From NCBI GenBank assembly GCA_942491735.1, contig CALOCN010000014.1:17642-49641 (forward strand): a stretch of DNA of 32,000 nt, written 5' to 3'. This stretch comes from Candidatus Eiseniibacteriota bacterium (GTDB lineage Bacteria > Eisenbacteria > RBG-16-71-46 > JABDJR01). Below the pieces are notes generated by a model, which worked only from the letters and a program-made list of their open reading frames with translations, did not search any database and was not told where the DNA came from. How positions within the stretch are numbered: the stretch's first letter is position 1; every line of letters starts with the position of its first letter. Positions 8,765 through 16,243 of this stretch are shown here, one piece after another. Made by a program: the position numbers and the translations under genes.

Positions 8765-8816
8765 GGAAAGGTCCTCCGTACGGGCCAGGGTAGGAGTGAG
8801 CTGGCAGACATCCAGC

Positions 8817-8833
8817 ATACCGAAGTTCGGTAT
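8817..8833. promoter_or_regulatory. 17-bp palindrome ATACCGAA-g-TTCGGTAT overlapping a -10-like TATACT (8831-8836); candidate operator/promoter of the RyR operon
   Basis: Perfect 8-bp arms, read directly, in the divergent gap between the MBL hydrolase gene and the RyR gene. A GGCAACG(8837-8843)/CGTTGCC(8853-8859) hairpin follows. No convincing -35 element. Confidence 0.3.
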
Positions 8834-8925
8834 ACTGGCAACGTTTTCCGTCCGTTGCCGCGGTCGGAGCCCGGTCCCAACGAACGCCCTTTGAGCCTTC
8901 GCGCCGAACCGCTAGACTCCTCCCC

Positions 8926-9177
8926 ATGAATCTCGACCCCGACACCCTGGAACAATTGGCCAAGGCTGCGCACAAGGTGTGGATGGAGGGCAAGCTCCGT
9001 GACGGCTGGGTCTACGGCAAGACCACCGACAAGGCGGCCAAGGTGCACAGTTGTCTGGTGCCCTATGATGAATTGAGCGAGCCGGACAAGGAATCGGATC
9101 GGGACATGGTGCGGGGGATTCCCGACATTCTGGCCATGGCCGGCTACAGGATCGTGAAGAACGAGGTCAATACCTAG
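8926..9177 (+). CDS. stand-alone RyR (ryanodine-receptor repeat) domain protein
   Basis: The 83-aa product LAKAAHKVWMEGKLRDGWVYGKTTDKAAKVHSCLVPYDELSEPDKESDRDMVRGIPDILAMAGYRIV matches the RyR domain consensus (..aH..W......GW.yG.......HP.LvpY.eLse.eKe.dR......l...G). Confidence 0.85.
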   Translation: MNLDPDTLEQLAKAAHKVWMEGKLRDGWVYGKTTDKAAKVHSCLVPYDELSEPDKESDRDMVRGIPDILAMAGYRIVKNEVNT

Positions 9178-9201
9178 AACCCAGGACCGGGGGAAGTCTT
9201 C

Positions 9202-11280
9202 ATGGCGACCAGGTCGGATCAGAAAACTGCCGCAAACACCCTCCCGATGCAGGTCGTCGGGGATCACAGCACGGATCGATTCATCTATCTGGCCGGGGAG
9301 GATTCCGGCGACCCTCCCAATCTTCGTGAGGCCTGGGTCAATGCGCGACGGTTCTGGATCACCGACCTGCCCGGCGGCACCGGTACCCTGGTTCGATGCC
9401 TGGAGGCCGGGGGTATCGACGTCGCGAACCCAACCACCACCGAACCACAGGAAGCCATCTCGATCTACATGCTCACCAACGCCTCCAAGACGGCCGGGGT
9501 GGAGCGATGGTGTGTGGGCCAGGCTATTGTTGCCGGCGAGAAGGAGTTCTCCCGGTCCCGGTACGAGCCGGATGGCCCGGGTGCCCCGCTGATCGTTCTC
9601 GATTTCAACCAGGGCTGGCTCAAGGCCAACCAGGCCGCGATTCCCGGAACACTGGCCGATCGCCCCTTCCTGGTGCGAACCCACGATCCGTGTCAGGGGG
9701 TCTGGCAGGACTCGAGACGATCCATGAACTCGCCCGGTCTCTGGTTCTCACCCATTCAGGACATGGCCGACGGGTCGCTCTGGTTCGACGGGGCCTGGGA
9801 CTCGATCCGGGCGCGAGTGGCCAATTACCTGCGTCGGGACGACACCCTTTTCGATTCCGATCGGAACGAGTGGCTGCACTTCGTGGTCGTGCAGGTGCAG
9901 TACGACGGCGCGTTGGTATTCGGACCCGGTCTCTCGGTCCACGGCGACTTGTTGATCTTCAAGGGGGACCAGCCCAGATCCTTCGAACGCTCCACCCAGG
10001 GAACGGTGGTCGCGGGAGGGATCGTCTTCACCTACTCCTTGGCCACGCGTCTCCTGCGAGAACCCGGTGTCGACCTGACCGGGAAGGACCGCGCGAAGAT
10101 GCTGCTCGAGGCGACACGGGAGGGCCTGGTCCGGATCCGTGATCTGGTGCGATTGGGCTATGCGCCTCCGCCGAAGGATCAGGGAGCGTCGTGTCAGTGG
10201 CAGCCCGAGTCCGGGACCAATCTTCCCGCGGGGGTTCTGGGCCCGGTGCGGACCACGGAGATCATCAGCTACTCCGCCAAGGCATTCCGGCCTTCCTGGA
10301 ACACGGCCTGCGAGATCGTATCGGGTGCCGACGACCTGCTGCGCAGGAGAACGCCGTTTCGTCTGGGCAACCTCATTGCCACCACACCCGAATACGCGGA
10401 CACCCTGCTGCGTCTGGCCCGTCGTCTGGAGTCCCACGTGTCCGGCGGCAAAGGTGTTCTTTCCTTCTCGATCTTCGGCGGCCCCGGGTCCGGGAAGTCG
10501 TTCGTGGCCGAGGAAGTGGCCGCGGCCGCCGACGCCACCGGTACCAAGCTGGACATGCGGACCTTCAACCTCTCGCAGTTCACCGGTGCGGACCGCCTTC
10601 TCGATGCCTTCAAGCAGATCCAGACCATTGGCCTGCAGGGGAAGATTCCGATCGTCATCTGGGACGAGTTCGACACGGTGTGGAATGGGGAGCAGTGTGG
10701 GTGGCTGTCCTCGTTCCTCATGCCCATGCAGGATCACACGTTCTTCGATGGACACACCACGCGCGCCCTGGGCAAGAGCGTGTTCGTCTTCGTGGGCGGA
10801 ACCTTCAAGGACGACCCGAATTTCGTGGAGTGGACCGAGACTCGGGAGGGGAAGCGCCTGAAGGGCCCGGACTTCCATAGCCGGCTCAGCCGGAGTCTGG
10901 CCGTTCCGGCCGTGGATGCCGAGACCTATCCCGAGTCGTACCGGAAGTCCACAGATCCCTCCATCCTGGTGCGCGCGGTGATGATCCGGACGTTCCTGCG
11001 CAAGACCCCGGTGGAAGCTATCTCCCGGGAGGTGCTCGCCTATCTGCTGCATGTTCCCCTGCAGCACGGGGTCCGTAGCCTCAAACAACTCGTCAACAAC
11101 AGCGAACTGTCCCGGACCAGGATCTTTCGCAGCTATCACATGCCTCCGGAAGATGTCCTCGCCCTGCATGTGAAGTCCGATGGGTTCTCGGAGAACCATT
11201 CCATGGACGCGGTGACCAACCGTCTCGTGGCACACGACCTGAGAAGTTCCGATTCCCTGCCCTTGGAGTGGAAGGCCTAG
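9202..11280 (+). CDS. AAA+ ATPase with a ~320-aa N-terminal domain of unknown function (weak ribokinase/PfkB-like pattern)
   Basis: Walker A GGPGSGKS (nt 10477-10500), Walker B IVIWDEFD (nt 10654-10677), sensor-1-like VFVFVGGT and an Arg-rich DFHSRLSRSLAVP, which together indicate a classical AAA module. The N-terminus (MQVVGDHSTDRF..LPGGTGTLVRCLEAGGIDV..TVVAGGIVFTYSLATRLL) loosely follows the PfkB fold pattern but lacks the GAGD motif. The start is 24 nt after the RyR gene, with a GGGGGAAG SD. Confidence 0.85.
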   Translation: MATRSDQKTAANTLPMQVVGDHSTDRFIYLAGEDSGDPPNLREAWVNARRFWITDLPGGTGTLVRCLEAGGIDVANPTTTEPQEAISIYMLTNASKTAGVERWCVGQAIVAGEKEFSRSRYEPDGPGAPLIVLDFNQGWLKANQAAIPGTLADRPFLVRTHDPCQGVWQDSRRSMNSPGLWFSPIQDMADGSLWFDGAWDSIRARVANYLRRDDTLFDSDRNEWLHFVVVQVQYDGALVFGPGLSVHGDLLIFKGDQPRSFERSTQGTVVAGGIVFTYSLATRLLREPGVDLTGKDRAKMLLEATREGLVRIRDLVRLGYAPPPKDQGASCQWQPESGTNLPAGVLGPVRTTEIISYSAKAFRPSWNTACEIVSGADDLLRRRTPFRLGNLIATTPEYADTLLRLARRLESHVSGGKGVLSFSIFGGPGSGKSFVAEEVAAAADATGTKLDMRTFNLSQFTGADRLLDAFKQIQTIGLQGKIPIVIWDEFDTVWNGEQCGWLSSFLMPMQDHTFFDGHTTRALGKSVFVFVGGTFKDDPNFVEWTETREGKRLKGPDFHSRLSRSLAVPAVDAETYPESYRKSTDPSILVRAVMIRTFLRKTPVEAISREVLAYLLHVPLQHGVRSLKQLVNNSELSRTRIFRSYHMPPEDVLALHVKSDGFSENHSMDAVTNRLVAHDLRSSDSLPLEWKA

Positions 11281-13061
11281 GAGACGCTTTGCATCAGTCC
11301 TCTGCTGGGCCTCCGCCAAGTCCCCGCCGTCGCCTTGTCTTCCTGGGCGTGACGCTCGGCGTGTGGGCACTGGGTACGTACGGGTATTGGCTCCACGGAA
11401 CAACGCATGGGTCGAAGTACGGTGATCCCTACTTCCTGGAGTACGTCTATCGCGCCGCCCAGCTCTTCGTGCTCCACATGCCGCACGAGCAGTTGCCTCT
11501 CCCCTGGCCCCTGGAGTTCGCCCGATTCCTGGCCCCTGCCATCGCCTTTGTCGCGGTGGCCGAGGCGATGTTCTCCCTGGCGCGTCGTCGCATTACCCGC
11601 CTGCGTGTCCAGCGCCAAAGCGATCACATTCTTGTCTGTGGTGCGGGTTGGAAGGGCTTGCGTCTGGCCAAGGAGTATCAGGAACGAGGCGAGAGGGTTG
11701 TGGTGGTTGAGCGGGACGAGGCCAATCCGGGACTCGTGGAGTGCGAGACCCTCGGCATTCCGGTCCAGATAGGAGATGCCTCGGACCCGCAGTTGTTGGA
11801 GTCGTTGAACGCACACAAGGCGAAGGTGTTGCTGGCCACCGCCGGAAGCGACGGCGCCAACCTGCAGATCGCCACCGCGGCCCGCAACCTGACCGCGGCC
11901 AAGCGGGATGGGGAGCGGCACGCGCTCCAGTGTTTCGTGGACATCCGGGATGTCGCCGACCGGACCCTGTTTCGACAGCAGCCCATCCTGGCCGGGGACG
12001 ATCGCCGGATCATTGTCACGGTGACCGGAGTCGACCTGTACGAAAACTCGGCCCGCCGGTTGTTCCAGAAGTATCCGCTCCACGAAGGTGCGGACAGCGC
12101 AAAGGTCCTGGGGGTCCCGCATCTGGTTCTGCTGGGCTTTGGACAGATGGGAGAAAGCGTGCTGCTCCAGGCAGCCAGAATCGCCCACTATCCCGGTGGG
12201 CATCGGCTCCAGGTCACCGTGTTCGACCCGGCCGTGGATCTCAAGGAGAGGCAGTTCCGGGATCGCTATCCCCGGATCGATAGCGCCTGCGACGTGGTGT
12301 TCGAGTCGTGCGATCCCGATAACCCCCAGTTGCTGGATCGTGCGGCCGGCTTGTGTCGTCAGGCCGGGCAGCATGTCACGGTGGTCGTGTGCTTCCCCGA
12401 AGACAGTTTCAATACGAGAGTGGCTCTGGGTCTGTCGCGCCGACTCTCGGGGGACGCCTGCAGGGTCCGGGTTCGCTTGGACTCGGAAGATGGCTTGGCC
12501 TCCCTGGTGACCCGGGAGGATCACGCGTACCTGGATCACGACCGGTTCACTCCGTTCGGCAGTCGTGCCGAAGCCTGCACGGTGGAGATGCTGGAGCGGA
12601 GCAAGCAGGACAAGCTGGCCCGCGCCATCCACGATCACTATGTGGCCAAGGAGAGGGAAAAGGGCGAGACCCCCGAGAGCAACCCCTCCATGAGACCCTG
12701 GGAAAAGCAGAACGAGGTGATGAGGGACTCCAACCGGTACGCCGCCGATCACATCGACATCAAGCTGTGGTCGATCGGGGCTTCCCGGGTGCCGGCCTCG
12801 CGCTCGGAACCGGTGGTGCCGTTGTCGGCAGAGCAGATCGAGGTCCTGGCTCCCACCGAGCACGCGCGTTATTGCGCGGATCGATTCCTGGCCGGCTGGG
12901 CGCCGGCTCCGGCCGGACAGCCCAAGGACCACGTGGCGCGAGTCAATCCCACGCTGATTCCCTGGGAGGAGCTGAGTGAAGAGGAGAAGGAGAAGGATCG
13001 CTGGGCGGTGGGGCAGTTGCCGGAGTTGTTGGGGATGATCGGGGAGAGGATTGTCTGGTAG
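11268..13061 (+). CDS. membrane protein: N-terminal TM helices + TrkA_N (RCK/NAD-binding) domain + second Rossmann-like domain + two C-terminal RyR repeats
   Basis: GTG 11268 lies 13 nt inside the end of the AAA+ gene. Hydrophobic helices are LVFLGVTLGVWALGTYGYWL, AAQLFVL and FLAPAIAFVAVAEAMFSLA. TrkA_N: HILVCGAGWKGLRLAKEYQERGERVVVVERDE (GxGxxG at nt 11640-11657). Second Rossmann-like domain: HLVLLGFGQMGESV. RyR repeats span aa 447-505 and 524-595 (nt 12606-13052; ..TLIPWEELSEEEKEKDRWAVGQLPELLGMIG). Confidence 0.85.
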   Translation: MEGLGDALHQSSAGPPPSPRRRLVFLGVTLGVWALGTYGYWLHGTTHGSKYGDPYFLEYVYRAAQLFVLHMPHEQLPLPWPLEFARFLAPAIAFVAVAEAMFSLARRRITRLRVQRQSDHILVCGAGWKGLRLAKEYQERGERVVVVERDEANPGLVECETLGIPVQIGDASDPQLLESLNAHKAKVLLATAGSDGANLQIATAARNLTAAKRDGERHALQCFVDIRDVADRTLFRQQPILAGDDRRIIVTVTGVDLYENSARRLFQKYPLHEGADSAKVLGVPHLVLLGFGQMGESVLLQAARIAHYPGGHRLQVTVFDPAVDLKERQFRDRYPRIDSACDVVFESCDPDNPQLLDRAAGLCRQAGQHVTVVVCFPEDSFNTRVALGLSRRLSGDACRVRVRLDSEDGLASLVTREDHAYLDHDRFTPFGSRAEACTVEMLERSKQDKLARAIHDHYVAKEREKGETPESNPSMRPWEKQNEVMRDSNRYAADHIDIKLWSIGASRVPASRSEPVVPLSAEQIEVLAPTEHARYCADRFLAGWAPAPAGQPKDHVARVNPTLIPWEELSEEEKEKDRWAVGQLPELLGMIGERIVW

Positions 13062-13142
13062 GCGGGAGTCGGATCGTCGCGGGTCACCCCCAGCCTGAGG
13101 AGCCATGGAGTACAATCCCACCAACCTCTAGGAGGATCTCTC

Positions 13143-16100
13143 GTGCCCTCCAAAACCTTGTTGTCCCTGAAAACAACGCTGCGCGGCGGCCAGAGCTGGT
13201 TTGGCCGACTCGAATGGTCCCCGGACGGCACAAGGATCGCCGCCGGCTGCGGTGACAAGGCAGTCTACTTGTGGACTCCCGAAGCCGGTTCTACGCCCTC
13301 CCAGCTCAAAGGCCATAAGGGCTCGGTGTTTGACGTCAGTTGGGCACCCGACGGCCGACGTCTGGCCTCCGCGTCGCGGGACGGGACGGTTCGGGTCTGG
13401 GACGTGACCGCCGGCTATCCCGAACGTGTGCTGGAAGGTCACCAGGACGCGGTACGCACCGTTGCATGGTCCCGCGACGGCACGCGGTTGGTCACCGGCG
13501 CCCGAGACGACACCATGCGGGTCTGGGATGCGTCTTCGGGGGATCAGCTCCATCAGATCACCGGCCTGGATTCGGTCAGGAGCGTGGCTTGGTCCCCGGA
13601 CGGGTCGTTCTTGGCATCGGGGGGAGGGCCAAGAACGGTGTTCGTCTGGGACCCCAACACCTGGAAACCGGTCTGGACCGGAGCGGGACACAAGGCCTAT
13701 GTGTTCTGTGTTGCCTGGTCCCCTGACCAGAGGTTGATAGCCTCCTGCTCCACGGACAAGACGATCGGAATCTGGGAAGCCGTTTCGGGTCGCCAATTGG
13801 CGGTACTCGAGGGCCACACCAACCGTGTCGGTTGTGTCGCGTTCTCGGCGGATTGCCGATGGTTGGCCTCGAAGTCGACCGACGGCACGGTCCGCATCTG
13901 GAACACGCAGAACTGGGAGCCTGCGCAGGTGCTGGCTGAGCCCCCGGTCGCGCGTGTCTTTCCAGGCTTGGCATTTCATCCCTCGGAGCCGCTCCTAGCC
14001 ACCCTTGGGGAGAGGGACTCGGAAGTCCGCCTGTGGACCGTAGACCCGAGTGTCCCTGGAAAGAGTGACACGGCAGGGTCGCCCGAGGTGGTCCGACACA
14101 GAACCGCCAAGATCGCGCTCCTCGGAGACTCGGGCGTGGGCAAGACCACTCTGGGGCATCGCCTCGCGGAAGGTGAGTTCAAGAAGTACCCATCTACCCA
14201 TGGTCAGCAATTCTGGGTCATTCCTGAGTTCGGTACTCGCCTCGAGGACGGGACCCAATGTGAAGCCGTTCTATGGGATTTTGCGGGGCAACCCGACTAT
14301 CGGCTGGTTCATGCCCTCTTTCTCGAGGATGTGGACTTGGCTTTGATTGTCTTTGATCCCACGGATCCGAGGGATCCTTTCCATGGAGTGGACTACTGGC
14401 TCCGGGCTCTTGCCCATCGCAATGAAGCGTGTCGGTGCGTTCTGGTTGCCGGGCGCACGGACGTAGGCCAGCCCAGAGTCACCCAGGATGAAATCGATGC
14501 CTTCTGCCGTGAGCGGGGGATCGCCGGCGGGTTCGTGAGTACCAGCGCCCTTGAGGGCACAGGTATGGAAACCCTCGCCGCGATGATTCACAGTCAACTG
14601 GACTGGCAGCGGGTTGTCAGTACGACGACGACCGGGGTGTTCAAGCGGATCAAGGACCAGGTCATGGCCATTAAGGAGGATGCAGGGGGTCAGGGTGTTC
14701 TTCTCACACCCAAGCGACTACGGGAGCTTCTCGGCGAGAACGAGACCGAGACCGGGCTCGAGAACGAGTTCAGCGACGACGAGTTGTTGACGGCCGTCGA
14801 ACACCTGGCCAAGCACGGGTATGTGAGTCTTCTCCGGTCGTTTGACGAACGACGGACGATCCTTCTGGTGCCGGAATTGCTGAACAATCTGGCAGCCTCC
14901 TTCATTGTCGAGGCTCGTCGCAACCCGAAAGGTCTTGGAGCTCTCGAGGAGCGGCGAGTCCTGGAGGGGCGGTATCCCTTTCCCGAGCTGGAGGGCCTGG
15001 GGGACGGCGAGCCCCAGGTTCTGCTGGAATCCGCGGTCGCTCTGTTCATGAGAAGCAACGTGTGTTTCCGGGAAACGCTGGGTGAGGATTCGTTCCTGGT
15101 GTTCCCCGAGTTGATCAACGTGAAGGAACCTCGGGACAACGATGAGAGCGAGTTCATCGATGACTACTCGTACACTGCCCAGGGTGCCATCGAGAACGTC
15201 TACTCCTCTCTGGTCGTGCTCATGGGATACACTAACGTGATCCGTCGTGCCCACCAGTGGCGAAACCATGCGCGTTACCAGATCGAAGAAGGTGAGTTCT
15301 GCGGGTTCCGGCAGGTGCGCGAACGTGAGGGTGAGATCGACTTCCAGTTGTATGCGTCGGAGTCCGCGAAGCCCGAGTCCCGCCAGACCTTCCGCTCCCT
15401 GTTCGAGCAGTTTCTCTCCCGCCACCCGGTCACCGTTACCAAGTATCCGGTCCTGATCTGTCCGGACGGGCATCATCAGGAGCGATCCACGGTGATTCGG
15501 CGTGTGCGTCAGCAGAAGGACTTTCTCCACTGCGACGAGTGTGGTGAGCGTGTCTCGATCGCCAACGTGGTGTCCGGCCCTTCCATCGTCGTGGGCGACC
15601 ACCGAGACACCAGGAAGCATGCCGCCGAAGCCACCCGACGCACGCGCTTCGAGACCTGTCTGGTGATGATCAACGCCTATCGGAGCGATCAGAAGAGCCC
15701 TGTCTGCTTCATCAGCTATGCCTGGGGGATTCCCGAGCACGAACGCTGGGTGGAACGGAGGCTTGCCCTGGACCTGCGCAAGGCGGGGATCCGGATCATC
15801 CTTGATCGCTGGCATGGAATCGGTGGCAGCCTGGGTCGGTTCGTCGGCCAGATCGATCAGGCCGACAACATCGTTGTGGTTGGAACGCCCCTATATCGGG
15901 AGAAGTACGAGAACAAGGTCTCCGATACCGGCAGCGTCGTTGCCGCGGAGGTCGACCTGATCAACAATCGCCTCCTTGGTACGGAAGAGCACAAGGAGAC
16001 TGTTATCCCCGTGCTCCTGGATGGCGAGCCAAGGAGTTCGTTGCCTCCGCTCATGCAGGCCAGGTTTCATGTGAACTTCAAGGAGCCGGATGCCTACTTC

Positions 16101-16208
16101 ACCGGCTTGTTCGATTTGATCCTTCACCTCTATCGGATTCCCTTCGAAAGCCCCGCGGTTGCCGAACTGCGGGATGCCCTGACCCTGGAGGCTATTGGGG
16201 ACGCGTAG
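13143..16208 (+). CDS. WD40(x7)-Roc GTPase-COR-Zn-ribbon-TIR family multidomain protein (ROCO-type)
   Basis: GTG 13143 has GGAGGA (13131-13136) 6 nt upstream. Seven W(S/A)PDG-type WD40 blades cover aa ~8-300. Roc: P-loop GDSGVGKT (nt 14124-14147), DFAGQ (nt 14277-14291), a variant G4 (AGRTDV) and TSAL. The COR-like region covers aa ~490-765. Zn-ribbon: C773-x3-H777 ... C797-x2-C800 (nt 15459-15551). The C-terminal TIR_2-like domain covers aa ~852-1000 (nt 15696-16142: VCFISYAWG..GIRIILDRW..NIVVVGTPLY..VVAAEVDLI..VIPVLLDGEP). Confidence 0.9.
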   Translation: MPSKTLLSLKTTLRGGQSWFGRLEWSPDGTRIAAGCGDKAVYLWTPEAGSTPSQLKGHKGSVFDVSWAPDGRRLASASRDGTVRVWDVTAGYPERVLEGHQDAVRTVAWSRDGTRLVTGARDDTMRVWDASSGDQLHQITGLDSVRSVAWSPDGSFLASGGGPRTVFVWDPNTWKPVWTGAGHKAYVFCVAWSPDQRLIASCSTDKTIGIWEAVSGRQLAVLEGHTNRVGCVAFSADCRWLASKSTDGTVRIWNTQNWEPAQVLAEPPVARVFPGLAFHPSEPLLATLGERDSEVRLWTVDPSVPGKSDTAGSPEVVRHRTAKIALLGDSGVGKTTLGHRLAEGEFKKYPSTHGQQFWVIPEFGTRLEDGTQCEAVLWDFAGQPDYRLVHALFLEDVDLALIVFDPTDPRDPFHGVDYWLRALAHRNEACRCVLVAGRTDVGQPRVTQDEIDAFCRERGIAGGFVSTSALEGTGMETLAAMIHSQLDWQRVVSTTTTGVFKRIKDQVMAIKEDAGGQGVLLTPKRLRELLGENETETGLENEFSDDELLTAVEHLAKHGYVSLLRSFDERRTILLVPELLNNLAASFIVEARRNPKGLGALEERRVLEGRYPFPELEGLGDGEPQVLLESAVALFMRSNVCFRETLGEDSFLVFPELINVKEPRDNDESEFIDDYSYTAQGAIENVYSSLVVLMGYTNVIRRAHQWRNHARYQIEEGEFCGFRQVREREGEIDFQLYASESAKPESRQTFRSLFEQFLSRHPVTVTKYPVLICPDGHHQERSTVIRRVRQQKDFLHCDECGERVSIANVVSGPSIVVGDHRDTRKHAAEATRRTRFETCLVMINAYRSDQKSPVCFISYAWGIPEHERWVERRLALDLRKAGIRIILDRWHGIGGSLGRFVGQIDQADNIVVVGTPLYREKYENKVSDTGSVVAAEVDLINNRLLGTEEHKETVIPVLLDGEPRSSLPPLMQARFHVNFKEPDAYFTGLFDLILHLYRIPFESPAVAELRDALTLEAIGDA

Positions 16209-16243
16209 AGAACCCACCGAACCCAGGTCACAATGGTTCACCC

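Noticed and set aside
7767-8993. 408-aa minus-strand ORF overlapping the MBL hydrolase gene. Similar long ORFs: 9748-11403 (-), 11277-13124 (-), 14718-15815 (-), 16238-17260 (-), 17152-18279 (-), 27861-28754 (-), 28980-30524 (-), 30571-31500 (-), 5332-6036 (+), 3729-4427 (-)
   Set aside because: These are typical high-GC shadow ORFs. Their translations are Arg/Gly/Pro/Ala-rich and low in complexity, with no motifs. Each overlaps, in another frame or on the opposite strand, a gene with clear domain content.
11370-11387. LGTYGY in the first hydrophobic helix of the TrkA_N-RyR protein, as a possible K+ channel selectivity filter
   Set aside because: It is not the T-V/I-G-Y/F-G-D signature, it sits inside a predicted TM helix rather than after a pore helix, and no second pore-lining arrangement is visible. 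I therefore do not call the protein a K+ channel.
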